DNA from: Planococcus sp. (in: firmicutes)
GTDB taxonomy: Bacteria; Bacillota; Bacilli; Bacillales_A; Planococcaceae
Direction of reading: 5' to 3'
DNA: 41,235 bases
Assembly (NCBI GenBank): GCA_035461045.1
Contig: DATHVY010000177.1
Span: 1 to 41,235 of the forward strand
Position numbers and translations under genes: made by a program. This document shows, one piece after another, positions 27,590-38,049 of this stretch (its first letter is position 1; each line of letters begins with the position of its first letter). The notes below the pieces were generated by a model. The model had not been told where the DNA came from. It was given only the letters and a program-made list of their open reading frames with translations, and made no database searches.

Positions 27590-27847
27590 ATGGAATCCAT
27601 GTTGACTAAATTTTTGTTGTCGCTGCTATTGCCGGGACTTCTGGTTGTATTGTTTACCAGGGTTACGTTCAATCATATTGTCGGCCTGATCCTGACAGTG
27701 GCACTCATCTCCGCAGCAGTTTATGCGGGATATACGAATACCTGGTTCTTGTATGTGGTCAATGCCGCTTCATTAACCGTCGGGTTCTGGTATGCGACCA
27801 ATATGTATAAGCGTGCGAAAAAAGCCGATGCTCAGGATTCTGAGTAA
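27590..27847 (+). CDS. csbA: CsbA family small membrane protein
   Basis: LLPGLLVVLFTRVTFNH.VGL.LT.ALI.A...GYT pattern; AAGGAG RBS. Confidence 0.8.
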   Translation: MESMLTKFLLSLLLPGLLVVLFTRVTFNHIVGLILTVALISAAVYAGYTNTWFLYVVNAASLTVGFWYATNMYKRAKKADAQDSE

Positions 27848-27858
27848 CGGCTTTTTTT

Positions 27859-28164
27859 TTAAATGTATAAGCTGAATACGGCCAAAACTGCAATTGATCC
27901 AAGCACGACGAAAATGACGTTTGCCCCGGCAAAAGCGATGCCGAATGCGGCGGCGACTCCAATTACTCCAAACCAAATATTATCCTGAATGAATAAAACA
28001 GCAGGGAATATGAGCGCACCGAGGACAGCATACGGAATATTGCGCAGTACATTTTGGACGGGCGCAGGAAGTTCACGCCCTTCAAGGAGAGTAAGTGGAA
28101 TCGCCCTTGGAATATACGTTACGATTGCCATACCGATGATCATCCACCAAAACCATGCACCCAT
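27859..28164 (-). CDS. azlD: AzlD family branched-chain amino acid exporter small subunit
   Basis: GMAIVTYIPRAIP, L..IPYAVLGALIFP; coupled to azlC. Confidence 0.88.
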   Translation of the reverse strand: MGAWFWWMIIGMAIVTYIPRAIPLTLLEGRELPAPVQNVLRNIPYAVLGALIFPAVLFIQDNIWFGVIGVAAAFGIAFAGANVIFVVLGSIAVLAVFSLYI

Positions 28165-28856
28165 TACGATTTCCCTCCTCTTGAAGAAATGACTTCAATC
28201 AATATCGCGGAAGCAAGCGTCGAGACAAGAATCGCCCAGCCGGTGGAGAGCCATCCGGTAAAGTGAAAGAAAGAATGGAACAGGGCTCCAAAAAGCGCCA
28301 GGCTCACTACCTTTCGATTTCCCTTCATCGAAGGCACCAACAGCCCAACAAACATCGCATACAAGGCAATCGACATGGACGCCTGGAGAAATGCCGGCAA
28401 ATTAGCGCCAATGAGATGTCCGAGTGCAGTAAAGCTGATCCAACTGCCGTAAGAGATGAGAATCACACCGGCTGCGAAGGTCGTTTTCAGCTTTTGTCCT
28501 TCCTGGGTCGCCAAAACGGTAAACGTTTCATCCGTGATGCCAAACGCATACAATGCTTTTTTCCATCTTGCATCGGGCTGCATCTTTTCATTCAACGCGG
28601 CCGTCATCAGAAAATGGCGTATGTTGACGATAAATGTGTTCAGTACGATCAGTATCGGAGCGACACCGGCGGCGATCAAGGATAATGAAATATATTGTGC
28701 TGCACCGGCGAAAACAAAAATACTCATTGCCGTCGCTTCGATAATTGAGAGGCCTGTAGTCTTGGCTAAAAGGCCGAAAGTCAATGCTATAGGAAAATAG
28801 CCGATTGCAATACTGGATCCAGCTTTTAGCCCAGCTGAAAATCCTCGTTCATCCAT
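28164..28856 (-). CDS. azlC: AzlC family branched-chain amino acid exporter
   Basis: GYFPIALTFG, FAGAAQY, VNIRHFLM, GITDETF. Confidence 0.92.
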   Translation of the reverse strand: MDERGFSAGLKAGSSIAIGYFPIALTFGLLAKTTGLSIIEATAMSIFVFAGAAQYISLSLIAAGVAPILIVLNTFIVNIRHFLMTAALNEKMQPDARWKKALYAFGITDETFTVLATQEGQKLKTTFAAGVILISYGSWISFTALGHLIGANLPAFLQASMSIALYAMFVGLLVPSMKGNRKVVSLALFGALFHSFFHFTGWLSTGWAILVSTLASAILIEVISSRGGKS

Positions 28857-29058
28857 ATGTTCCGCTCCTTATGTATAAGTATTTCTCTTTTCCAAATAGG
28901 GCGAAAGAGTGTAAAGTAATTATATCAAAGAAAAGTGGAGGCGGCCGTATACTCAACAATGAAAGTTGAGCACGGCTTAATGAAACTTCCCGCATCATTT
29001 TGGAAAACTAATCAGGGTCAACCGGTTAAAATACCGCTTCGCTAAAAGGATTGAGAAT

Positions 29059-29682
29059 ATGTTGGATTTTTTTTCATTGGAAAATATAGAGGAACTGGCA
29101 CAGAACTATAGGGCATTAGGGCCGCTCATAGGAATCTTGTTGCCATTTATCGAAGCGTTTTTGCCGTTTTTGCCATTCTTTGCATTCGTTTTTGCCAATG
29201 CCAGTGCCTATGGCTTATGGCTGGGCTTTCTTCTGTCATGGACCGGCACGGTCGCAGGCTCTTATTGTGTGTTCTTATTAGTCAGGAAGTATGGCCGTGC
29301 CAGATTCATGGGCTTCATGATGCGCCACGAAAAAGTTCAAAAGCTGATCCATTGGGTCGAACGCAATGGGTTTGGTCCGCTATTTTTGTTGATCTGCTTT
29401 CCTTTTACCCCTTCTGCACTGGTCAATGTGGTGGCGGGGCTTTCGAATATCCGAAAGCAATATTATTTGCTGACCCTGATAGCAGGGAAATTCGTGGTGG
29501 TGTTCATGATTTCATATGTCGGATATGATGTGGGAGCTTTATTTACCCAACCATTGAGAACGGCCATTGTCGTCATTGTCGTTGTTCTTTTATACGTAAT
29601 AGGGAAACAATTCGAAAAAAGGCTGCACGCCAAAGTTGAGGCTGATTTTCGTCGGGCAGCAAAAAAACGCGAACAATCCTAA
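29059..29682 (+). CDS. TVP38/DedA (SNARE-associated) family membrane protein, YhjE-like
   Basis: LPFIEAFLPFLP, CFPFTPSALVNVVAG. Confidence 0.85.
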   Translation: MLDFFSLENIEELAQNYRALGPLIGILLPFIEAFLPFLPFFAFVFANASAYGLWLGFLLSWTGTVAGSYCVFLLVRKYGRARFMGFMMRHEKVQKLIHWVERNGFGPLFLLICFPFTPSALVNVVAGLSNIRKQYYLLTLIAGKFVVVFMISYVGYDVGALFTQPLRTAIVVIVVVLLYVIGKQFEKRLHAKVEADFRRAAKKREQS

Positions 29683-29727
29683 GTTGATGGACGAGACTGG
29701 AAAATCACCAGCCATTCGGATAAAATA

Positions 29728-29741
29728 AGAACAAACGTTCC
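29728..29741 (+). promoter_or_regulatory. LexA (SOS/Cheo) box upstream of addB
   Basis: AGAACAAACGTTCC matches GAAC-N4-GTTC, between TAAAAT (-10, 29721-29726) and the AGGAG RBS. Confidence 0.75.
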
Positions 29742-29757
29742 TGATAGGAGAGATGGT

Positions 29758-32700
29758 ATGTCATTGAGGGTCATATATGGTAGAGCCGGTTCCGGCAAAA
29801 CCAGATTCATCCAGGAAGAGATCGGCGCGGAGCTCGAAGGGCATGCCGATGGAGAACCGATTTTTTTAATCGTGCCTGATCAGATGTCTTTTACGACGGA
29901 ATATCGTCTTTCCACTGCTTATGGCAGCAAGGGGATGATCCGGGCACAGGCGGTGACTTTTAAGCGTTTGGCCTGGCGGGTGCTGCAGGAAGTGGGCGGC
30001 ATCAGCAGGAAAGAAGTGGATACGTTCGGATACCGGATGCTGATCCGCAGTTTGCTCGAAGAACATAAAGAAGAATTTCAGCTGTTTAAAAGAGCGGCTG
30101 GCAAAAGGGGCTTTACCGATCAAATCGAACAATTGGTTCAGGAGTTTGCCCGGTATTGTGTGGATTGCGGCGAATTAAGCACGATCAGAACAGCATTGGA
30201 AGAAGTGGGTGCCCCGCGTACGCTGCTTGATAAAGCGGCAGACCTCGAATTGATTCTAGCGGAAATCGAAAGCCGGCTCGGCAAATCCTTTGTCGATTCA
30301 GAAGGGCATCTGGGCTTGCTGTCCGAGAAAATCCAGTATTCAGATCTGATCCAATCGAGTCACATTTACGTGGACGGTTTTGTGACGTTTACGGCTCGGG
30401 AGTATGAGATTCTTTTTGAGTTGATGAAAAGGGCGAAATCGGTAACCATTGCGTTGCCATTGGATGACCAATCACATGCAGACGACGAGCAGGCGCTATT
30501 TTATCAATCGGCCAACACCGGAGTCCGCTTGACAGAATTTGCAGAAAATGAAGGAATTGAAATAGACGAGCCGGTTCATTTGGCTCGTCCTCTTCGGTTT
30601 GCCAACAAAGAACTTTTACATTTGGAGCAGCATTTTGATTCATTCCCTGTGCCTCAGATGAAGGCTGAGGGAAGCATATCCCTGGTAGAAGCAGGCAATC
30701 GCAGGGCAGAGATTCATTCGCTGGCCCGTTCTATCCGCTCGGAGATAAGAGAAGGCAGGCGTTATCGGGAGATTGCCATTTTGTACAGACAGCCAGAAAT
30801 TTATGATGAGCTGATCAACACCATTTTTCCTCAATATGAGATTCCATATTTCATCAGCCAGAAAAAATCGATGCTTCATCACCCCTTGATCGAATTCAGC
30901 CGTTCTACATTAGAAGCCGTATTGACTGATTATTCCTATGAAGCGGTGTTCCGGGCTGTTAAAACCGATCTGTTTTTCCCGGAAGGAAGTATTCTCAAAT
31001 GGCGTGAACGTAGTGACATTCTTGAAAACTTTGTCATCGCCAATGGCATATATGGTGACAGATGGTTTGACGAAAATCGCTGGTTTTACAAAAAATACCG
31101 GGGACTTGAATTTCATACGCGGGTGCAAACGGATGAAGAAAAAGACCAGCAGATGGAACTTCATGCAGTGCGCGATCGGATCAGGGAGCCCCTGGCCAGC
31201 TTGAAGGATGGCCTGAAGGGTTGCAGCACCGGCAGAGAAATAGCCGAAGTGATCTATTTGTTCGTAGAAGAGATGGGGGTTTATGAGAAAATCCAATCTT
31301 TGAAAGAGCGCGAGGAAAGCGAACACCGGCTGTTGGCGGCATCTGAACACGAACAGGCATGGAATCAATGGATCAGTGTTCTGGATCAATTTGTGCTGAT
31401 GTTCGGCGACAAAGAGATGAATCTCGCCAAAGCGGTGAAAATACTCGATGAGGGCTTTGAAACGCTAGAGTTTTCCCGGATTCCGACTGCACTGGATCAA
31501 ATCACGGTAAGCCAAATTGATTTGGCCCGGCTGATGGACATTAAATCCGTATACGTCATCGGCGCGAATGACGGGGTCTTGCCGAAAAGGGTTGAACACG
31601 AAGGCCTGCTGACCGATATGGAGCGGGAATGGTTCGCGCAAATCGGCTTTGAACTGGCACCGACGTCGAAAACAAGACTGATGGATGAAACTTATATGGT
31701 GTATAGAGCCTTTACCTCCGCATCGGATCGACTGACGGTTTCGTACCCAATAGCGGATGAAGAAGGCAAAGCCTTATTGCCATCACTTTATATCCCCAAA
31801 CTTGAGACGATGTTTTCAATCGAACCGGTGGCAGCAGCCATTGATCCGGAAGAATTGAGCCGGGATTCGGATCTTGATTATATTTCGCATCCGAAAGCGG
31901 CATTGGCTTATTTAACTTCCCGCATACGCAGCGGCAACCTGACGCCCGAATGGCGAGCGGTGCTGCATTATTACCAAGGGGATCCGTACTGGTCATCCGT
32001 GATCAAAAGAATCATGAACCCGATCAAGCCGAACGCAGCGGATCCTTTGAGGGAAGAAGTGACAGAACCGCTCTATGGACTGCCGATCTCTTCCAGTGTC
32101 TCCCGTGTAGAGACCTTTTACAGCTGTCCGTTCGCTCATTATGTGACCTACGGGTTAAAGCTTGAAGAACGAAGCCAGTACAAGCTGGCTGCCCCGGCGA
32201 TGGGCGACCTGTTTCATGCCGCCATCAAATGGATTTCCGATGAAGTGAACCGGTTGGATGTTTCCTGGGATTCACTCACCAAAAAACAGTGCCAGGAGCT
32301 GGCGAAAGGAGCATTGGAACAGCTGTCTCCATATTTCGTCAACCACATCCTGATCAGTACGCATCGTTACCGTTATATCCAGTACAAGCTGGAAGCCATT
32401 ATCCGGCAGACTGCAGTGATGCTTGGCAGGCATGCGAAAGTTTCCGGATTTGTTCCGGTTGCGCTGGAAGTCGGCTTCGGGCCGAAAGAGACCATTCCAC
32501 CTTTGGACATCCCACTGTCACGTGGAAGAAAAATGAACGTACGCGGGCGGATCGACCGAATCGATTCCACAACGATTGACGGCAAACCTTATATACGGGT
32601 GGTCGATTATAAATCCTCCAAACGGGGCTTGGATTTGAGCGATGTCTATCACGGATTGTCACTGCAGACATTCACGTACCTGGATGTCGCACTGACGCAT

Positions 32701-33234
32701 TCCGACCGCTGGCTTGGAGAGCAGGCAGAACCGGCGGGAGTGCTGTATTTTCACATGCATAATCCGATGCTCAAATCGACTAAACTGATGACTGCCGAAG
32801 AGCTGGAAGAAGAAGTCGCCAAATCGTTCAAGATGAACGGCTTGCTTGTGGAGGATCCGGAAGTCATTCACGCCATGGACGAAGGAGTGGACGGATTTTC
32901 CAATATCATCCCCGTCCGGATGAATAAAAATGGCGCAATCTCCAAATCGCAATCTAAAACAGTCATGAAAGAAGACATGGAAACGATCCGAACTTTTGTC
33001 CGGCATAAGCACCAGGCTGCAGGAAACGGCATACTCGAAGGCAACACCAGTGTTACTCCGTACAAAGTGAAGGATACGACCCCTTGCCAATTCTGTTCTT
33101 ATCGATCCATTTGCCAATTTGACCCGGCAGATCCCGACCAGAACTACCGAAAACTGCCCGCCCTATCCAGTGATAAAGCGGTGGAACTAATCCGGAAGGA
33201 GATGCATCGTGATGATTCCGAAGAAACCGACTGA
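29758..33234 (+). CDS. addB: ATP-dependent helicase/nuclease subunit B
   Basis: GRAGSGKT, IVPDQM, SVSRVETFYSCPF, GRIDRID, VVDYKSS, PCQFCSYRSICQFD (Fe-S Cys). Confidence 0.97.
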   Translation: MSLRVIYGRAGSGKTRFIQEEIGAELEGHADGEPIFLIVPDQMSFTTEYRLSTAYGSKGMIRAQAVTFKRLAWRVLQEVGGISRKEVDTFGYRMLIRSLLEEHKEEFQLFKRAAGKRGFTDQIEQLVQEFARYCVDCGELSTIRTALEEVGAPRTLLDKAADLELILAEIESRLGKSFVDSEGHLGLLSEKIQYSDLIQSSHIYVDGFVTFTAREYEILFELMKRAKSVTIALPLDDQSHADDEQALFYQSANTGVRLTEFAENEGIEIDEPVHLARPLRFANKELLHLEQHFDSFPVPQMKAEGSISLVEAGNRRAEIHSLARSIRSEIREGRRYREIAILYRQPEIYDELINTIFPQYEIPYFISQKKSMLHHPLIEFSRSTLEAVLTDYSYEAVFRAVKTDLFFPEGSILKWRERSDILENFVIANGIYGDRWFDENRWFYKKYRGLEFHTRVQTDEEKDQQMELHAVRDRIREPLASLKDGLKGCSTGREIAEVIYLFVEEMGVYEKIQSLKEREESEHRLLAASEHEQAWNQWISVLDQFVLMFGDKEMNLAKAVKILDEGFETLEFSRIPTALDQITVSQIDLARLMDIKSVYVIGANDGVLPKRVEHEGLLTDMEREWFAQIGFELAPTSKTRLMDETYMVYRAFTSASDRLTVSYPIADEEGKALLPSLYIPKLETMFSIEPVAAAIDPEELSRDSDLDYISHPKAALAYLTSRIRSGNLTPEWRAVLHYYQGDPYWSSVIKRIMNPIKPNAADPLREEVTEPLYGLPISSSVSRVETFYSCPFAHYVTYGLKLEERSQYKLAAPAMGDLFHAAIKWISDEVNRLDVSWDSLTKKQCQELAKGALEQLSPYFVNHILISTHRYRYIQYKLEAIIRQTAVMLGRHAKVSGFVPVALEVGFGPKETIPPLDIPLSRGRKMNVRGRIDRIDSTTIDGKPYIRVVDYKSSKRGLDLSDVYHGLSLQTFTYLDVALTHSDRWLGEQAEPAGVLYFHMHNPMLKSTKLMTAEELEEEVAKSFKMNGLLVEDPEVIHAMDEGVDGFSNIIPVRMNKNGAISKSQSKTVMKEDMETIRTFVRHKHQAAGNGILEGNTSVTPYKVKDTTPCQFCSYRSICQFDPADPDQNYRKLPALSSDKAVELIRKEMHRDDSEETD

Positions 33235-36200
33235 CGCAACTTGGACAGATGAACAATGGCAAGCGATCTGGGCCAAAGGCCAGGATATGCTTGTATCAGC
33301 AGCAGCCGGTTCCGGCAAAACCGCTGTGCTGATCAACCGAATGATCGAGAAGGTGTTGTCCGAAGAAGAGCCGATTTCGGTCGACGAATTGCTGGTGGTG
33401 ACCTTCACCAACGCTTCTGCAGCCGAAATGCGCCACCGCATGTCCAATGCGTTGGAAAGAGCGGTCGCGGATAACCCTGAATCGAAGCATTTGCGCAGGC
33501 AACTGCGGTTGATCAACAAAGCCCAAATTTCCACCCTGCACTCTTTTTGCCTTTCGGTAGTTAAGCAATATGCCTACCTGTTGGAGATTGATCCAGGATT
33601 CCGCATTGCGGGAGATACCGAGGCGGCCTTATTAAGGGACGATGTCATGGAAGCGGTCCTTGAGGCTGCCTATGAAGGCGAGGCGGCCGCCGAAGTATAC
33701 CGGCTTGCAGACAGCTTCACCTCCGACCGCAGCGATCAGGCCATGGAGCTGCTTCTAGAGAAGCTATATGATTATTCAAGGGTTCACCCGAATCCGGACA
33801 AATGGCTGGAACAAGTGCCGTTGCTTTATGATGTGCCGAAAGAAACCGGAATTGACGAGTTGCCCTTTATCGGCAGCTTGAAATTGACGATACACCATGC
33901 GCTCGAAGAAGCATTGCAATTGACCAGGGAAGGAAAACAGCTGACATTGGAACCTGATGGCCCCCATCAGCTGGGCGACACATTTGACCTTGACTTGCAG
34001 ATTATTCAAACGGCCATCGAAGCACTGGATCATTCATGGGAAGAGGCATACAAGCTTTCAAAGGATTTTAAATGGGGGAAAGCTGCAAGCATCAAAAAAG
34101 ACTCATGTGATCCGACCTTGGCTGAAGAAGCTAAAGGCCGCCGCAACGAAGCGAAAAAGATGGTTACAGGCGTGTTTGAAGCTTATTTTTCCCGGACGCC
34201 TGCAAGGCTGCTGGATGAGATGAGGGAAATGGCTCCGATCATGAAAACCTTGGTACAGTTGACTCAACGTTTTGCTGCTCAATTTAAAGCCTTGAAAATT
34301 GATCGGGCACTTGTCGACTTTTCGGACCTGGAGCATTACGCACTGGAAATCCTGAGTGAAGACGGCAAGCCATCAGCGATAGCGGATGAATACAAGGAGC
34401 GGTTTAAAGAAGTGCTGGTGGATGAATACCAGGACACTAATATGCTGCAAGAAACAATATTGAATCTGGTGAAGTCCGGTACGGAAGAGAACGGCAATCT
34501 GTTCATGGTCGGGGACGTCAAACAGTCCATCTATCGGTTCCGTCTGGCTGAACCGATGCTGTTCCTGGGAAAATATGCGCGTTTCAATCGATCCGGCGAA
34601 AATGCCGGCATGAAAATCGATTTGAATGCCAATTTCCGGAGCCGAAAAGAAATTCTGGATGGGACTAACTACATTTTTTCGCAAATCATGGGAGAGCGGG
34701 TCGGCGAAATCGATTATGATGAAGCCGCTGCTTTAAAACCTCAGGCGCCTTATGATGACGTCAGCATACCGATTGAACTGGCATTGATCCATGAGCCGGA
34801 AACTGAAGAAGAGGCAGATGCAGATCTGGCAAAATCGCAATGGGAAGCCCGGTATACCGCGAGGAAAATCAAGGAATTGATGGACCGGGAAACGTTCGTG
34901 CACGATCCATGGACTGGGCAAAAACGACCTTTAGAATACCGTGACATTGTGGTCTTGATGCGCTCGATGACCTGGTCGGGAGATTTTGCCGATGAATTTA
35001 AAATGGCTGGTATTCCACTTTATGCAGAACTGTCGGGCGGCTTCTTTGAAGCGCTCGAAGTGATGATCATGTTGAATACGCTTCGCGTTATCGATAATCC
35101 CTATCAGGATATTCCGCTCGTTTCAGTCCTGCGGGCCCCATTTATCGGCCTGAAGGAAAATGAATTAGCGGAAATCCGACTGGCCGCGCCGCAAGCCTCC
35201 TATTATGAAGCTGTTAGAACGTTCATGCGAAATGGTTCAGGAATTGAAAGGGACACCGCTGAGAAACTGGTGCGCTTTATGCGCCATCTCGAAAACTGGC
35301 GCAACTTGGCAAGAAGAGGATCCTTGGCTGAATTGATCTGGCAAGTATATTTGGATACGAATTATTACGAAATGGTTGGCGCGATGTCCAACGGCAAGCA
35401 GCGTCAGGCAAATCTCCGGGCGCTGCATGATCGGGCCTTGGAATACGAGAAAACCTCTTTTCGTGGCTTGTTCCGCTTTTTGCGGTTTATTGATCGCATG
35501 CGGGAGCGGGGAGACGACCTTGGAACAGCCAAATCCTTAAGCGAGAAGGAAAATGTCGTGCGGCTGATGACTGTCCATAAATCCAAAGGGCTGGAATTTC
35601 CAATCGTCTTTTTCGCAGGCACAGGGAGATCTTTCAACGAAATGGATTTCCGGAAACCTTATCTCTTTGATCAGGATTTCGGCTTGGCTGTAAAAGCGGT
35701 TAATCCGGATACCAGAATCGAATACACGTCCCTGCCCTTTTTGGCGGTGAGAGAAATGAAACAATTGCAGATGAAGGCAGAAGAAATGCGGGTGCTGTAT
35801 GTGGCTATGACCCGTGCAAAAGAGCGCTTGTTTTTAACAGCTTCTGTCAAAGAGCCGGAAAAACTGTTCGAGAAATGGAAAACAACTTCAACTGAAACGC
35901 GGCTGCCGGATTTTGTCCGCTCCAGGGCAAAAGGCTTTCTTGATTGGATCGGGCCGGCAGTGGCAAGGCATCCAGATACTGTTGAGATTTTTAATGGGAC
36001 TGGAGCTAGCCTGCATCACCATTCAAAATTCCATGTGGAAGTGGTCGAATCGCAGACGCTGTTGCCTGCTCAAGTGACAGTGGATGAACTGATGACGAGC
36101 GTGCCGGAGGAAAAAAATTATTCAGCAGAAATTTCCGCCAGATTCGACTTTCAATATCCCCACCGCAATGCGGTAGAGAAACGTTCCAAACAATCCGTTT

Positions 36201-36817
36201 CAGAAATAAAAAGGCTGCAAATGCTTCAAAGGTCAGAAGAACCGGAATCATTTATCCAAAGCACCAGCACCGGACAGCGCCTGCTTCATAACCGTCCCGA
36301 TTTTATGCAGGCAAAAAGAATTTCCGCTGCAGACCGGGGAACAGCGGTGCATGCCGTCATGCAGCATTTGCCTTTGACTTCGAAAATGGATCTTATGGAA
36401 ATCAACGAATTCATCGAAACATTGACAGGCAAGGAAATCATCTCAGTCGATGAAGGAAGAGCTGTGAAAGCGGCTGAAATTGCCCGGTTTTTCGACAGCC
36501 GCACAGCTGAGCGCCTGATGAAAGCTAAAAGCATTAAGCGTGAAGTTCCGTTTACTTATGCGAAAGAGGACGGGGATGGTGACCGCCAGATTATTCAAGG
36601 AATCATCGATTGCCTGTTTGAAGAAGAAGATGGATGGGTTCTGCTCGATTACAAAACGGACCGCGCAGAAGACATCGTCGATCTAAATCTTGAAATGAAC
36701 CAAAGGTACAGTGTGCAACTGGCGGTATACCAAGAGGCGGTCGAAGCCATATTGCAAATACCGATCAAACAGCGCTTACTATATTTGTTCTCAACAGATA
36801 AAGAAGTTGAAATTTAG
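33209..36817 (+). CDS. addA: ATP-dependent helicase/nuclease subunit A
   Basis: AAAGSGKT, DEYQD, VGDVKQSIYRFR, TVHKSKGLEF, YVAMTRA, GIIDCLF..LLDYKTD. Confidence 0.98.
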   Translation: MMIPKKPTDATWTDEQWQAIWAKGQDMLVSAAAGSGKTAVLINRMIEKVLSEEEPISVDELLVVTFTNASAAEMRHRMSNALERAVADNPESKHLRRQLRLINKAQISTLHSFCLSVVKQYAYLLEIDPGFRIAGDTEAALLRDDVMEAVLEAAYEGEAAAEVYRLADSFTSDRSDQAMELLLEKLYDYSRVHPNPDKWLEQVPLLYDVPKETGIDELPFIGSLKLTIHHALEEALQLTREGKQLTLEPDGPHQLGDTFDLDLQIIQTAIEALDHSWEEAYKLSKDFKWGKAASIKKDSCDPTLAEEAKGRRNEAKKMVTGVFEAYFSRTPARLLDEMREMAPIMKTLVQLTQRFAAQFKALKIDRALVDFSDLEHYALEILSEDGKPSAIADEYKERFKEVLVDEYQDTNMLQETILNLVKSGTEENGNLFMVGDVKQSIYRFRLAEPMLFLGKYARFNRSGENAGMKIDLNANFRSRKEILDGTNYIFSQIMGERVGEIDYDEAAALKPQAPYDDVSIPIELALIHEPETEEEADADLAKSQWEARYTARKIKELMDRETFVHDPWTGQKRPLEYRDIVVLMRSMTWSGDFADEFKMAGIPLYAELSGGFFEALEVMIMLNTLRVIDNPYQDIPLVSVLRAPFIGLKENELAEIRLAAPQASYYEAVRTFMRNGSGIERDTAEKLVRFMRHLENWRNLARRGSLAELIWQVYLDTNYYEMVGAMSNGKQRQANLRALHDRALEYEKTSFRGLFRFLRFIDRMRERGDDLGTAKSLSEKENVVRLMTVHKSKGLEFPIVFFAGTGRSFNEMDFRKPYLFDQDFGLAVKAVNPDTRIEYTSLPFLAVREMKQLQMKAEEMRVLYVAMTRAKERLFLTASVKEPEKLFEKWKTTSTETRLPDFVRSRAKGFLDWIGPAVARHPDTVEIFNGTGASLHHHSKFHVEVVESQTLLPAQVTVDELMTSVPEEKNYSAEISARFDFQYPHRNAVEKRSKQSVSEIKRLQMLQRSEEPESFIQSTSTGQRLLHNRPDFMQAKRISAADRGTAVHAVMQHLPLTSKMDLMEINEFIETLTGKEIISVDEGRAVKAAEIARFFDSRTAERLMKAKSIKREVPFTYAKEDGDGDRQIIQGIIDCLFEEEDGWVLLDYKTDRAEDIVDLNLEMNQRYSVQLAVYQEAVEAILQIPIKQRLLYLFSTDKEVEI

Positions 36818-36827
36818 GAGGATTATC

Positions 36828-37970
36828 TTGAAGTTACAACCCGTTGCACTCGATGAAAGAGTGGAAGCGATTGACTTGATGAGAGGGGTTGCCTTATTCG
36901 GCATTCTCCTCGTCAATATGCTCGCCTTCCATACGCCCTACTCTTATATAGATCCGCACACTTGGTTTGAAGGAACCATGAATTCAACGGTTTATTCATA
37001 TATCGACATATTTATACAAGCTAGCTTTTATCCGTTGTTCGCCATGTTATTTGGCTACGGATTAGCAATGCAGTTTATGAGAACTGAAGCACAAGGCCGC
37101 CCGTTCATACCTTTAGCCACAAAGAGGCTGGCTGTGCTGTTAGGTTTTGGGGTCATCCATGCATTCTTTATCTGGTATGGAGATATTCTGATTACCTATG
37201 CCATCATGGGCTTCCTGTTGATCGGCCTGCTGAGATTTCCGGCAAAATGGCTGTTGAGTCTTGGAAGTATACTTTATGTGGTTCCGCATTTACTGCTTCT
37301 GGTCCTGATGTTTATCGCGGTATCGCTTAACCCCAACTTTTATACGGGCATACAAGAAGTTCAAAATTCGTTTGCAGCCTACCCGGCTGGCAGTTATAGC
37401 GAAATTTTTAGCCAGCGCCTGTCAGACTGGTATTACCAGAACAACCCTGCGAACTTTTTTGTCATGATTTTCACCATTCTACCGTTAATGATGGCAGGAG
37501 CGGCCGCAGCAAAATGGCATTTGATCGAGCGCACCAAGCAGTATCGGAAATTGTGGATTTGGTTGGCTGTATTGCCGTTGTCTTTGGGACTTTTGTTAAA
37601 AGCTACGCCTTACCTTTTTGAAAAAAATTATGCTTTCACGTATTTACAGGACTTTTTCGGTGGACCGCTGGTAGCGGTCGGCTATGCAGCCCTCATTGCC
37701 TTGGTTGCTCAGAAAGAGCTGGCGTTGAAGCTGCTGAGCCCTGTAGTAAAGGTGGGCCGCATGTCTTTGACCACGTACATTACCCAATCCATTCTAGCAA
37801 CGTCTATATTCTATTCTTATGGGTTGGGGCTATACGGACAGGTGAATCTGCTGACCGGGACTTGGATTGCAATCGGTATTTTCATCCTTCAGTTGATCTT
37901 CGCAGAACTCTGGTTTACTAAATATTCCCAGGGTCCACTCGAAAAGCTGTGGCGCAAATTGACTTATTGA
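36828..37970 (+). CDS. DUF418 family membrane protein (YeiB-like)
   Basis: RVEAIDLMRGVALFGILLVN, FYPLFAMLFG, GRMSLTTYITQS, GPLEKLWR; TTG start behind AGGAGG. Confidence 0.88.
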   Translation: MKLQPVALDERVEAIDLMRGVALFGILLVNMLAFHTPYSYIDPHTWFEGTMNSTVYSYIDIFIQASFYPLFAMLFGYGLAMQFMRTEAQGRPFIPLATKRLAVLLGFGVIHAFFIWYGDILITYAIMGFLLIGLLRFPAKWLLSLGSILYVVPHLLLLVLMFIAVSLNPNFYTGIQEVQNSFAAYPAGSYSEIFSQRLSDWYYQNNPANFFVMIFTILPLMMAGAAAAKWHLIERTKQYRKLWIWLAVLPLSLGLLLKATPYLFEKNYAFTYLQDFFGGPLVAVGYAALIALVAQKELALKLLSPVVKVGRMSLTTYITQSILATSIFYSYGLGLYGQVNLLTGTWIAIGIFILQLIFAELWFTKYSQGPLEKLWRKLTY

Positions 37971-38049
37971 GTTAATTTTGAAAAAACCAACAATTTAAAT
38001 GCATGAATGTGTATAATGAATGCAATCAATGAAAAGGAGTGTTAAACGA

